Shown in pieces: positions 36,433 to 50,758 of a stretch of 64,000 nt of DNA; the first letter of the stretch is position 1; every line of letters starts with the position of its first letter. The position numbers and the translations under genes are program-made. This DNA is from Geosiphon pyriformis uo1 (lineage: Eukaryota; Fungi; Glomeromycota), in assembly GCA_016748015.1 (NCBI GenBank), contig JAAOMT010000096.1, positions 68,803 to 132,802 of the forward strand. The letters run 5' to 3'. A model generated the notes under the pieces. That model was given only the letters and a program-made list of their open reading frames with translations, was not told the origin of the DNA and searched no databases.

Positions 36433-37949
36433 ATGTGTTATAACTTAGAATAATACAGAATAACATGTTATAACATAGGATAACACAGAATAATATGTAA
36501 TAACACCAAATAATATATTATAACATAAGATAACTAGTAATAATATAGAAAATTGGAGCAATTACAGAAATAGCAAAGCAATAGTTAGCAATAACAGAAC
36601 AATCAAAAACAATCCTATAGAACAAAAAAAATGTATAAAATAAGTAGCTGTAGAAGTTAAAAAGATATCCAAAAAGAAAATTAGACTTTTAGAAGTCAAT
36701 TAGACTTTCAGAATCAATTAGATTCTCAAAATCAATTAGACTCACAGGTCATAATTATTAAATACTCCTCCTTTCAAGGATAGTTGCTATTAATTGAAAT
36801 GAAATTATATTAATAAAATATCTTTTTAATTCTTCAAATTCATGTTATTATCTACTACTTAATCTGCTGGCACAATAGCCTTTGATTATGGCTATTGACA
36901 GAATACTTATTTTTTATTTTATTTTCTTTATTTCCTTGTTTTTTTTTATTTTTTATTTTTTTATTGTGGAGCAGCAACATAGTAAAATTGCCTGTTTGGG
37001 AATAGACTTTGTGATAGCCTGGTAAAAGAGGAAAGCTCTCTCTAGGTTTTTGAATATTAACATTATCTTGATAGCTTATCAGAAAGATGAAAAAACAATG
37101 CCAGACCCTAATGACTACACTTGTTAACTTGGAGAAAAAAGCTCACTTTTATAAGAAGTTGCAATCAGCAAGAACCAAAACTCTGTGTCTTATAATCAAA
37201 GAACTCAATAAGTAAATTTACAACCAGTAAATAAGACTTTTAAAGACTGATAATTAAGACTAAGCCAGCAGAATTATGTGAAAAATACATTACCAATACT
37301 TAAGAACACTAAATGTTATCATTTTCCTATTCCACCAAGTTTATCAATAATACCATGAAGTTTTTTTTTAATTATATAAGAGACATATTAGGATTTATCA
37401 ATCTTTAAAAATTTTCATTATATATTACTTTACTTATTAAGTTTTTTAATTATAAGACACAAAGATGCATTTTGGTAAGTTGTAATTGTAGATATAAGCT
37501 ATTTTTTCTAAGCTAATCAAGTACAATTGTTAGGATCTGATATTGTCTTTTTGCCTTTTTAGTAAGCTAACAAAATAAAATTAATATCCAAATCTAAAAA
37601 AACCTTTTTTTTTATTAAACTATTATAAGATCTATTTTTAAACAGTCAATTTTTAATATTGTTACTTTACAGAAAAAAAAAATCAAGAAAAAACAAAAAT
37701 AAAAAAAATAAAAAAAAATAAAAAAATAAAATAAAATAAAAAATTTATATTATTAATTACTGTAATTAAAAACAATTGATTCAAGTCATTAGAATTTCAA
37801 AGCTGTTTATATTAATAGCATTTAGTCTGGAATAAAAGTAAAAAAAATAATTAATTTAATTTTGACAACACAAAATCTGAGATTATATATAAGTAGATTA
37901 AATAATATTTTTATTTAATAATAAATAAAAAAAATATAGAAAAAATAAG

Positions 37950-40900
37950 AAATTGTTGTTAAAAATACAAAAAAACAAAACTTCTTTCTCTCCTATGTCC
38001 CAAATTTCTGAAATAGCACACTTTTTGAAAGAAGTTTTTTGGTTTTTTATCTGTTCTTATCTTTTATTTTGCTTGGTTTTCACAATTTCTCAACTTACCA
38101 ATCCTTTCGTTGTCCCTTTAGTGTCTGATGCTGTTAATGCTATGTCCACAAAAAAATTGGCCAAAAGTGCTGCTACAAACTCTGTGAGTGGAAGTCTGAG
38201 GCAAAAACCTAAGGTTTCACTTGGCAAAATCAAACACTCGGGTGATAAAACTGATTTAACTTACAAACTGCCTGCAAGTGTTTCCAGTTAATACAAGAAT
38301 ATGGATACTTCTTATGATGGAAAGTTGGAGTGTGAGATAAGCAAGAACATGGGCTATGGTGCTAGTAGTAAGAGTAATAGGCAGTTGAACTTTTGTATTA
38401 ACACCCCAAAGATGAAACATTTCAACTCTAGTATGGTGAATGTTCTATCTCTGGGCCTCTGTGATTTTGGCTCGGCCATTAACAACTTTGATATGGGCTT
38501 ATCTCCCTCTGTTTTTTTGAGACCCTTTCATCATTTTGTTGCTTCTGTCAAAAAAAAACTCTGTTTTGAACCTACTAAATCCTTCACACTTAATATTGGT
38601 CTGTTGGCTGTTCCCGAAAGTACTCTATGTGACAAACTCAAGGGTGTCAGGTCACTATTCTACAAAATTGATGGTTTTGGGGGTGCATCAACTCCTTTAA
38701 AATTTCCAAGCATTATTTGGGCATCTTTTACATCTGATTCCAGTCTTACTATGGCTAAACAATTGGCTGTGTCTAAGAATCTTGTCATCAATGCTGATTT
38801 CAAAAAAATCAGCATACATTCAAATCAGGAAATTGTTATCAAAGAGATTCCGGTCGATCTGCCCAAATCAGTAATTAAATCTGCTTTGGTTAAGTATGGG
38901 AAAATTTTTTCAATCAAAATACAGCTTATTGGCCTCTGGCAGAAAGCGCTAGTGAAGTTTGAGAGTTCTTAGGTCACTAACCTGATTGTGTCCAAATAGT
39001 CAATCTTGCTAGATAAGAATTCAGTGCATGTTGCCAAAGCCAATACTGACAAACAAATGTGGGATTTAAGGAACAGCTATCATGCTTTCCTATACATTTT
39101 GCCAATAGACATAACTGCTCACAATCTCTCAGACTTGGTCCAATCATATGATGGGAAAACTTGCTATATTTCTAGAAATTCAGTATCTTATGCATGAGCT
39201 TACTGTGCTGTCATATGTTTTGATTCTGACAATGCCAGAGAAGCTGCTGTTTGCTCTACATTAGTGTTTAGGGTGTTAACCTCGTTTGGATTGGTTTGTT
39301 TTCTCCTAAGTATGCTGCATGTGAGAATTTTGGTTACATTTTGTCTGGCTGTGAAAGTGGTGAGAAAGACAGTGGGCAGGGTTCTAAGAAAAAAAGATTT
39401 CTCTGTTCTGATTCAGATAAGAGGCATCTTGTGCTCATTTATGCCAAAAAGCAGGCACTCATATCTTATCTAGTATTCTTTGGTAGTGCGACTTGGGCTT
39501 CTGTGGTAAGTGGCTTCCCTAAAAATTCATATTTTACACTAATCATTGGGAACAATTCAAGCATAGGTTCAGTCAACAGTTTGATGCTTGTGGTTAAAAT
39601 TCTGGCTTTGTGTGTTAGTGTCTTTGAGCATTCACTTGAGAATGTGTTAGATCAGATGGCAGACATTTCACATAAACTAAACAGGTTGCTGGCTGTTTTG
39701 TCAGCAAATTTTGCTGTTCCACCCTCTTCTGAACATAATCCTGTGCTGGACATGACTGTTGATGCTCTGTTGTTTGTTTCCCCTGTGCTTAGTGTGATTA
39801 CTGCTATCTCTCAGGAAATTTCTCCAAGTGGTGCTCGTGTTTTAACTGCAAAAGTGGGTGGTCTGAAGGCTAACTTGGCAGTTCTGGAGAATTTGGTTAA
39901 GGCAATATTGAATAAATTGGACTCTTTTGGTTTTGGTAGTAGTATGGTAACCCTTTTCCTTTCTTAATGAGTAGTTTAGCTTGGAAAATTGCTACTTATA
40001 ATGTTAGAGATATGAATGTTCCTGCCAAACAGTATGACATTATTAGATGGCACATGGTTTTGAATAATGACATTTCAATAATTACTAAGACTAAGCTTTA
40101 CTCCAGCATCAAGCCTTGGATTGCAAATAAGTTTCCTGGTGTGAGGGTGTTTACTTCAAGTCTAGATGCTGGGTTTTTGGGTGCAGGCATGGCTTTAATC
40201 ATGAATGAGAAATTAGCCAAACATGTTTCAAAAATCTCTGAGATTCTGAGCAGACTTTTGATGGTCCATTTGTTATTCAAAAACAAAAAATCTGTTTTTG
40301 TGTTGGGTTTATATGTAGAGACTTCTTTGGATAAGCATATGATTCAAACTGGTCTTGTCAATTCCTTTATAGCCAGAGTTTGTAATAAAAGTACTTTTGT
40401 TATTTTGGGTGGTGATTTCAATGAAGATAGGAACAAACATAGCTCTAGCTTTAGTAAGTGTACAGATTTTGGTCTAGTCAATATATTGGTTAACAGTTCT
40501 CACATTAAGGCTTCTACTTGAAGGAATTTCAGGAATTTTGAGAAGACTATTGACTACATTTTTGTTTCCCAAAGTTTGAGTAATGTTTTAATAAAGGGGT
40601 GTGTTGTTGATGTGGATGAATTCTTTAACACTGATCATAGTTCTGTTCAAATTACAATTGGTCTTGGTGGAATTTTGGATCTTGTTTTAAGGACTATTTG
40701 TGTTCAAGCCAATAAAAACAAGTGGAGGTTTAATGTTAAAAATGCTGATGAGATTAAATGAGAGCAGTATAAGATTGCATCTCATGATAATTTTGCCATG
40801 TTTTCTGATGAGTTTACAGACTTTCACAGTGCATCTGATCTGGATGACATGTGGAGTGTTATTCGCAAAGCTGTTTGTTTTTTAGCGAATAAAGTTTTCT

Positions 40901-43900
40901 CAAAAACCTGGTCTAAAGATTTTGATGGTGGTTTTATCAAGAGCTTTTCCCACTATCATAGATTGGAACTTTTGGTTTCTAAGTTGGTAAAGGCTTCACA
41001 TTCTGTGTCGTCAATTGAATTTGTCTTCTTGTTGAATGTTTGGGCATTTTTGAACTCTGTTAATGTTTCTATTATCAAATCTTTTTTTTTTCAGAATCTC
41101 ATTTTGATGCTATTAGATCAGCTTTGGTAAAAGTTAGAAAGTTTTATTGTTCTCTCAAAATGATGGAATCAAAATGTGCTAGGGACTCTTAAATCAGGCT
41201 AGTAATTGACAAAAGAATGAAGAACTTTGAGTTAAATAAAGGCCAAACTATTAGAAATGTACTTGAGCGGCCATTTCATAAAGTCACATTGAATCACTTG
41301 GTTGTAGATGAAAATCTTATTTTGGAGTCTGGTTTGGTCAAGAGTTATGTCAATAGAATTATGGAGGACTGGACTAGAAAGTGTGTAGTGGCTGATGACA
41401 TTTTAGATGAATGGCGTCACCAATTTTAACCCTTGGAATATGTCTTTAATAATGCCTTTTCGAATGTCATACACCCGATTATGGTAGAAGATTTTCTTGG
41501 TGTGGTTTTAGATTTGCCTGATAATAAAGCTGCTGGCCTTTCTGGTATTACAAATAAACTATGGAAACATTGTGACAGGTCTGTTCTGGATTTGTTTTTG
41601 GTGCTTTTGAACTCTTGTTTAATTTGTGGATCTGTTCTGGGTCCTTGAAAGAAGACCTGGATGTTTATAATTCCTAAACCCTATGACTGAGAAAAGGTTC
41701 TTACAAACACCCGACCCATAGCACTGATTGAAACTGCTTATAAGATTCTTTCTAAGATTCTCTCTGATAGGATCTCCATGGCATGTAGTAAGTATGACAT
41801 TCTTCGTGGTAACAACTTCTCAGTTCTTAAAGGTATAACAACGTAGTTCCCTATTTTTGTTATTGGTTTGGTGGTTGAAGATGCTTTGAAAAAAAATTGT
41901 GAACTTTAGTTAGTTTTGTAAGACATGAGAAAAGTGTATAACTCAATTGGTTGGGAACATTTGAGAAGAAGTTTGGTCAGAATCAAAATGTGCAATAGAT
42001 TCATAAAATTTTTTGGGAGTATTCACAATGGCCGCATGAACAAAGTGATGACTGATTTTGGGCTAACTGATGGATATAGTGTTTATAACAGCTTAGATCA
42101 AGGGAAAGTGTTCTCGTCTCTTCTTTGGCATATTTTTTACAACACTTTGCTGTGCGAGGTAAAAAAACAAGAGGCAGTGTGTGGTTATAGGCTAAATTCA
42201 CACTATGTTGCCAAGTTTAGTCGCATTGATCCTTAAGATAGTTTGATCTCTTTTCTTGTTGTAGGTGCATTCGTCAATAATACTATATGAGTTGGTTCTA
42301 GTCAGGTAGCTACACAACACATTTTCAATGTTGCCAGTGAATTTTTCAGAATGAATAATATTTTGATCAACAACAACAAAACTGTAGCAATCCTGATTAA
42401 TTGCAAAGTGGTGGCTCCTTTTTTATCTGTCTGTGGTGCCCCTATTTCTATTGCCAAAAAAAGAACATCTTACCGATATCTGGGAATTTTTTTTTTCTCT
42501 GATGGGTAATTTAAGCCTAGCCTGGCTAAAGCACATTCAAATGTACGGTTTTTCACCAATTTTGTTCTAAGAAAAGCTATTTTGGATAAACAGTTCTCTT
42601 ATTTGGTTTCGGCTGTTTTTTATCCTATCATTGGTTATAGGATCCAGTTTAGCTTTATTTCTGCTAGTGTGTGCTGAAAGTGGAATGTTTTAATTTGGAA
42701 GGGCCTGAAATTAAAATTGGGTCTGTCTCTGAACTTTCCTAATGATGTTTTGCACCATTCCTTATTTTATGGCTTAAAGACTTTTGAACAGATCTAAGCT
42801 GAAGGCAAGGTTGCTGCTGTGATGTGTTTTGCCAACTCTGTTGGAGTTTTGGGCCAATTGTTCAAGCATAAGTCACATGACTTGCAGGTCGTGAGTTGGT
42901 GTCCAGTGCATTCCTTGTGTTTTTCTGTTTGTATTAGTGTTAATCTTTTAAACAACTTCTTGGCAGGTGTGATTCGGGTCTTTCTCAGTTCTGGTTTATT
43001 TTTGGGCAATCTTAAATGTAATGCTTTTCACTTCCAGTATGGTACTCTTTTATCTGGTGTCTTTGGTGAATCTATGTATTTCAGGTGCCTTTTCTCTCTT
43101 TATCATTATGGAATTGCTTTTGTTGAACAGCTTTGGTGCCATGATGGGGCTGTTTTCAACTGAAAAACTTTCAAGCAATGGAAGAAACTTGACCCACATG
43201 GTCCTGTTCCTGTTTGGTTTGGTGCTGCCATTCAGCATCTCCATAATTTTGGTACTCTTGATGTTTGCTCTTCCCTTCCAGACAGTGCTGTTGCAAAGAA
43301 CATTCTTAAATCTCATAAGTTTAGAACAGTGCGTGATCAATTGTCTAGCATTGATGCCTCTGGCTTTTCAGTATACACGGATGGATCTTTTTGTGGTCTA
43401 GGGAGTGTTAATATGAAAGCTGGCACTGCTGTGTTCTTTGAGAACATTAACTTAGATCTTAGAATAGAAGTAACTGGTATGGTGTCTTCTACATTGGCAG
43501 AGCTTCAAGCCATAGCATTGGCCCTTGAGTGTGTGCCTAGTTTGAGTTCAGTCTGTTTATTTTTTGACAGCCAAGCTGTCTTGAATGCGTGTAGAACTGA
43601 ATTATTGTTGTTGGTTCTGGATTTCTAAAACAAATGTTGGGTCAAATGTTAACACATTGCTGGCATTATACATAAAAGAAATTTGAATATTGGCTGATAT
43701 AAGGTTAAAGAACATTCAGGTGTTATGAGTAATGTGCAGGCTGATTTGTTTGTTGGTGTTTTTTCTCATTCAGACTGGCTCTTTCCCTCCTGGCTTAAGA
43801 AGTGTTTTATTTTGACAAATGGCAGTATTGTTTCTGGTAACTCTTAACACTTTGTTCATAATGTTTTTTAGTCTATCCATTGCACATGCTAGGAATTAGG

Positions 43901-44807
43901 CTCTGGTGTCAAAATTGTGGACAGTCATCTGCTTCCAAATGTTGATTGGTCTAGATCGTCCTTTGTTTGGCATTCTGACTCTCATATGGCTGCTGGCTTT
44001 ACGAGTCGCCACTCTGCTGGCTTCTGTTCTTATTTTATAAAAGCTTTACATTATAGACTGCCTGTTGCTGTTTGCAAATGTCTCTATGATAAATATTACC
44101 CCAGTGTGGTGTGTTTGTATTGTGATGATGTTGAAGTGTCAGACCATGTGTTTTTTTGTGCATTTAATGCAGCTGTTTGGCTCCAATTGTTTGTTGATTT
44201 TGTTTCTGCTTGAAGAGTTGTTTCTGGTCTATTCCATGTTTCATCTTTTGTGTTACAAATGTTATCTAATTGTTTGACTGATTTGGATCTGGTTGCTTCT
44301 CTGTGCAAAAGTTTTGTGCTCGTGGATTGGTACCAGGAGGCCACTTCTTGCTTTGATGACTCTAAAACTGCATCTGATAAGGTGGTTGAGTTTGTTCGCA
44401 GTTTGTGCTTGTCTTTTAGGAATGATATTTGGCTGGTCTGTTCTAAACATCTAGCTTTTATAAAGAAACACAGTTTGATCCCTTATGATGATTTGATTCC
44501 TGTCTCAGTATCTGGTAGCATGTCAATGCTTTTGGCCCATGTAATTAGACTGCTTGGTATTGATGATGTGTTTGGTGTTAGTTTTGGGTTGCATAGTTCT
44601 TGTTGGTTTTTTTTAGGTATAGGTGATTTGGTTTTTGTGTCCATGTGTGTATAATGTAGTCCTGGTTGGCTTGAGTAGCTAGTTATATATAGTAAAAGCA
44701 TGATTCACATTTAGTATAGATCATTATTTTAATGTATTGTTACTAGGCAGTGTTTGGACTTCACTCATTAAACTTAATAAAAAATAAAATAAAAAAATAA
44801 AATAAAA
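37950..44807 (+). mobile_element. Near full-length LINE, a related but distinct family from 10597-18227 (ORF1 ~38142-39967, ORF2 39967-44654, A-rich tail); pseudogenised
   Basis: APE motifs IATYNVR and LGGDFNE; RT motifs RKVYNSIGW and LDQGKVFSSLLW; RNase H VYTDGS...LAELQAIALALE; C-terminal CLYCDD...HVFFC. The 5' boundary is approximate. Confidence 0.92.
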
Positions 44808-47800
44808 AGTTTTATCAAGTTTTAAAGCTAAAATATGTTTTAAAAAAATAAGTTTTTGTTTTCTGTCTGTTTTTTTTTATCTGTTACAACTACTTATTTT
44901 TATATATATTTTTTAATTTTACAAAATTTCTTTTAATTGTTTATTATTACTAGTTATTATTTACTATTTTTATTATTGTTTTGTTTTTTTATATTATAAT
45001 TAATTATTTTATGTTATAACTAATTATTTTGTGCTATTTTATATTATTATGTATTATTTTGTATTATCTTAAGTTATTATATATTATTTTGTACTATTTT
45101 GTATTATTATATTTTTTTATATTATTATGTATTAATTATGTTTTTTTAATAGCTTTAGATTGGTTTTTCTATTTAAGTAATATAATCAATAAATTTAAAG
45201 TTGAAAATAAAGTTTTCTTATATAAAACTAAAACTAAAAAACAATAGAGTAAAAAATTCAATTATAAATAAAATGAATTATTTTATATATACAAAATTTT
45301 AAGAAATAAATTATATAAGTTAAGACTTAATAAAAAAATTTTAAAAAAAGTTGTATATAATGATAAACTAAAACATTATTATTTTAGAACCAATTTTAAA
45401 TTTCTAATATTACAAATTAGTACACAATTTTTTTTGATTAATCTTAAAAATATTTTCTAAAACTTAGAATCAATAGTTATTATTAAACAATTTTTAAACT
45501 TAATTATTTAAAGTTTTAATTTTTTTTATAGTTATTTTTTATATTTTAGAAACAATTATACAAAAACAAAATAAACTGCACAGAAAAACAAAACAAAAAT
45601 AATATAAAAATCTTACATACCAAAAATAATTTTATTTAATTATATTTTTATTATGATTATTTTCTAAAACATTTAACAATTATTCTAAAAATTAATATTT
45701 TTCTTAAAAATATTACTTAAATTATTTATAACTATTACTAAAAAACATATTAATTACACTTAAACAAAATCTGTTATAATTTTATTTACAATTTTATGAA
45801 ATTACTATTTTTATAAAAAAAACACAAAATGTTATTTTAGAATTTACTTACCAAAACTTTTAAAGCAAGCTTTAAGAAAAAATTTAATGTTTATACTTAT
45901 TAATATTTACCAAATATTATAATTTAACAAAAACTTTAATAGTGTTTTAATAAACAAAACAACAAATACATTCTAATTTATAGATATTTTTATATTAAAA
46001 AAACACTTTCTAAAAAAAACTAGAGCTTAAAACAGCAAATTTTATAACTAAAGCTATTTAAAAACAACTTTATAATAAATTTAAAACAACAACCAAACCA
46101 AAAAAAATCTAATACAAACCTAGAGCAGCTTTTAAACTTTATAATTTATTTTATATTTGTGAAAATATTCTATAAAATCCAATTTTACAATTTTTAAAAA
46201 TTTAATATATTAGAAAACTTATAAAACTAAAATTTTAATAATTTTTAGATGAAATTTCTTCAATAATTTTAGATTATTATCTGAAAATTACAAACAATAT
46301 TTGGATTTTAACAGAGTTTAGTCTTAAAGAAAAAATTATATTACTAGCCAAAATTTAAGATATTATTTAGCATAAAATTATTTCTATAATTCTTATTATT
46401 AGTTAATATATATTATTATTTTAATTTATTACTTATTATCATATCAAATTATCTGAATTATTATTTAATTAATAATTTAATTTATACAAAACACAAATAT
46501 AACTAATTTATAATAATTAGATTATATAAATACTTTAATCTATGTAATATTTAAAATTTACCAAAATATTTAACAGTTTATTAAAATAATTTATAGTTTA
46601 CAGAAATAACTTGTAGTTTAATGAAATATATTTTTAGTTTACCAAAATATTAAAAAAAAAAATACTAAATTATAAAATAGTATTATAATAAGTTATATAA
46701 AAGAAAGACTTCTTTTTTCAAAAAAATATATCTTAATTAAAATCAACTTTTTATTAGATATTTTCTTTACAAATTGATTTTAATTAAACTTATTTTTAAA
46801 CCTAAATTTAAAACAACTTTCTTAAACATATTTTTCATTTTTTTTTAGTTTATTTTCTTTTTTTCTTTTATTTTTTTTATATTATTGAGTAGTTTACAGT
46901 CGAAATTTTCTATAAAAGAGTTAATTTTTACAACAAAATAACTATACATATTTTTAAAAAACTTACAGACAAAATTTTTCTGTAAAAGAGTTAACTTTTA
47001 CTGCAAAATAACTATATAAGTAATTAGTATAGAATTGGCCATTCTATTATAAACTCAACAACATATATAATCTAAAGTATAAATTAGATTATTAAAGATT
47101 TATTGACTTTTATTAATAGCAAAATTAATAACAAAATAACATTAATAATAACAAAAAAAGTTAGAAAAATCTCTTTAATAATAACAGAAAAGATTAAAAA
47201 AACCTCTAGTAATACCAGCTATTTGGGCTTTGTAAATTAAAAAAATATTATTATTATTATTAACAAATTCTATTTGGTAAAAATGTTTTTGGTTTTAGAT
47301 ATCTTTTTTTTTAAAATTAGAAATTTGTAAAGATCTTTTCTAAACTGAAAATAAATTATTAATTGGTCAAAAATAATGTGTATTAGAGTTTTTATAAGAT
47401 TTTTAATAATAAAATAAAGTCCAAATTTTTATATAATTTTGGAAATTCTAGCTTAATAAATTTTCAAAAGCAAAAGTATTCAAAAAATTTTCTGTTATTA
47501 GTAGTAAAAATTAAAGCTTTATTTAAATTTAAAACAAATTCAATTTTGGCTTTTTTTTTTTGTAAAAACAGAAAAATTGATAACTAATTTATTTATATTA
47601 TAGTTATTATTAATTAAGTTAAAGGAATAAAAAAAGTTTTTTATTGATTAGCTTGTATTCTTATTTTTTAAAAATGTGTTTATTAACTTAAAAACTAATA
47701 AATAGTGGTTTTAAATAAAAAGTCTTTTTCAAGAAAATTCAGATTAACAAGATTAAGTTTTTAATTAATTATTATTGTTGTTAACTTTGTTGTTATTAAT

Positions 47801-48499
47801 TTTGTTGTTCTGATTATTATTATTTTTAAGAGCTAAAGAAAGCAAAAAAAAATTATTGTAATCTTTTGAGAAATATTTAGTTAATTTACAATAATAGCAT
47901 ATAGATAGGTTATAATTTTGTTGTTTTTAATTATAAGATAACTATTAAAATTAATTAAAATAAAGTTCAAATCTGGGTTTTTAAAACTGTTAATTTTTTT
48001 TACTATTTGTGTTAATAATTCTAATAGTTAGACAAAATTAATTTTAAATTTGTTTATAAATTGTTTAGCTGAATTTTAAGTTTAAGCAATAAAAAAAATA
48101 GCAGCTATTTAAGAATCTAAAGCCAAAACAAAGATTAAAAATATAAATTCCAAATGTATTCTTTGGTATTTTCGATTTTTTAAGCAAATTTAACAGTTAT
48201 ATTTATTGTAATATTGTTTTTTAAAGCCATAAAGAACCAAAAAACATATAATAAGACAGTTTTTAATTTTTTTATAAAGAAGTAAATCTTCTGTTTTTTA
48301 ATCTAATTTCTTTTAATGTTTATTTAATTAATTAATTTTCTTATAATTTTAACATATTCAGTTATAACTTTATCAAAGTTTTGGATTTTTTATGTACTAT
48401 TTAGAAATCAGAATTAAAGTTTTGAATTGAGTTTAAATCGATTATAAAAAAAGTATTTTCTTTTTCAACTTGTATTAATATCTATCTTATAATTTTTTA

Positions 48500-49784
48500 T
48501 TATTAGTTTTTTATAAAAACCATATAATAAAATTTTTTTGAAAGTAATTATCTATGATTTAAAACTTGTATTCAATATTATATTAGTTGTAATTCTTTCA
48601 AAGTTATCTAATTATTTAATTAAATTTTGTGTATTATTTATAAATAAAAATAATAAAATATTGTTTTTTCACTTTAAAGCAGTTTGTATGTTTTGAAAAA
48701 TAGTCAAAATATTTGTTTATATTGGGTTATTAATCATTAATTCTAAAATAGCTGTTTTTGTAAAAAAATTAAATTTATTTAAAATTAGATAATAGTTATT
48801 TAAAGATAACAGATTATAAAAGCTAATTAATATTGTTGTTTTTTTTTCAAAAAATCTTCAAGATAAGATTGGTTAAAAAAATATATAATGTGGACAATTT
48901 AGATTTCAGCTAAATATTTATTTATAAATTAGTTCTAAAAGTTTTGAAATTGTTTACTAAATTAATTTTAAATAGAAAGTTAAATTTAATAAAATTTATA
49001 TTATTTTTGTTGTGTATTTTAAAATGTTTTTTGATTATTGTAATAAATATGAATAATTATTTATATAATAAAAAACAAAATAAATTTTTAATAACTTCAT
49101 AGAAAGCACTATTTTTATATTATAAATTAGAATAACAAATTAATAAATAGTAAAAAAACAAAATTGTATAGTAATAAAATAATCAAAAAAAAAATTCAAT
49201 TTCAAAAAATAAATTAAATTAGTATAAATTTAATATATAAAATCAGTTTTATAAATATCTTAATTACTATTTTTTTAAAGAATAACAAAAAAAATTTGAA
49301 AAAAAAAAAAATCTATATTATTAACCAAAAATAATACATTAATATAATTTTATGTTTCATATTGATATTTTTAAAATTCAATATTAGGTATTAATTATAC
49401 TTTTTAATAATGTTTATTTAATAATTTTTAAGACTTAATAGTTTTAAATAAATACTAACAAGTAAGTTTTTATTCACAAATGTTTAAATACTTAAAAAAA
49501 TTGAAAAAAAATAATTAAATTGAAAAAAATTGAATATTTAAAAGTAATTTTTATTATTTTAATTTATATATATTTTATATATTAGAATATGTTTTTTTAA
49601 AGCTAAAAAATATATTATTTATATAGCTATTTAAAATAATTAATTATTAAGTTAATAACTAAGTTAATAATCAGATTATTGATTAAGTTATTAATTATTT
49701 TATAAAAATAAAGTGGCTAATTATATGATATTAGTAATTAATATATGTAATAATTAATAAAAACTATGATTTTTAATTATAATA
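48500..49784 (-). mobile_element. Eroded family B fragment: LTR 49118-49784, PBS remnant and gag start
   Basis: Colinear with 4540-5940. Confidence 0.75.
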
Positions 49785-50758
49785 ATAATATATTTGTGAT
49801 TTTAAAAAACAATTTTAAAAAATATTCTAATTTAAAGTTATTTAACTTTTTTGTTGTAATTTAATAATAAAAATTCTAACATAATATAATTTTAGACTCA
49901 AAATTAACAGCTTAATTTTTTATTATTTTTAACAAATATATTATTTTTTTTGAAAAAAAATTCAAAAGCTTTTGAATAAAAACTGGTTTTAACTTAATAT
50001 TAAGCAAAAAACCACTTTTTTTCAATTTTGTTTGAAGTTTTAAATTGGGTAACCAAACCTTATTTCTGTAATTAATAATTAGATTACATATAAAATTAAT
50101 TAAATAAGAAGTGACCAACTTAATCTTTTTAAAAACAAATATAATTTTAGCCAGCCAAGATTCAAACATAAAGCTTTTGCTCAAAACCAGATATAAATTA
50201 ACATTAATGACACTAAAATATAATAATTAAAGCACAAAAGATAATAACAAATTTGTATTGGTTAAAAATTTTTAAAGCTTAAAATAATCAATTAACAAAT
50301 TTCTATTATTTTATATAAAATTGTTAATAAAAATTATTAAAAATATAAGTTTAAAAATATTAATATTATTAAATAAAATCATTTCAAAGATTTCTTTTTC
50401 TTAATAGCTGTGGCTGTAACTAAATTTTTTAACAAGTTACAACAAATAATAATCTTGATAATATGTGAATTTTCTTATAAATATTTTGTGTTTATTAATT
50501 GATAAAATTTTTAAAAAATTGTGAACCAGAAATTTTAATAATAATAAAAATAAAAATAAACAGTCATTTAAGTTTTATAAGCTAGAAATTTTGGTATTTA
50601 AATTGTCAAAAAATTGAAAAAAAGATTAAATGCCAAGCTTAAACAATTTTTAAATACTTGGTTGTTTGTTGATAGAGCTAAGACTTCTATAATTTAGAAT
50701 ATATTGAATGTTGACTCATGTATTAAAAAGGGTTATAAGATTTTTAAATATTATGAGT

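Larger units (their letters stand above)
34682..37352 (+). mobile_element. Family D solo LTR (~1010 bp net) carrying nested A and B solo LTRs; has ~10-bp ATAACA(C/T)AGA-type repeats near 36437-36550
   Basis: Starts TGTTACCCAA|GTAGAAAAACC and ends ...TCAATAATA; flanks TCAT/CCAT. Confidence 0.7.
34611..45182 (-). mobile_element. Family D solo LTR (~1 kb in pieces: 34611-34681, 37357-~37950, ~44810-45182), broken by nested insertions
   Basis: The pieces are reverse-complement homologues of the plus-strand D LTR. TAAT flanks; the host integrase tail (...KLLPI|TNEFKIGNKV...) resumes at 45183. Confidence 0.65.
19420..47183 (+). mobile_element. Old eroded family A copy (end of gag through 3' LTR ~46339-47183), host to the intact element and to the 34611-45182 nest
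   Basis: Segments 19420-21438, 31623-34610 and 45183-47183 are colinear with PR, Cys domain, dUTPase, RT, RH, IN, ORF3, PPT and LTR of the intact copy. Confidence 0.82.
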
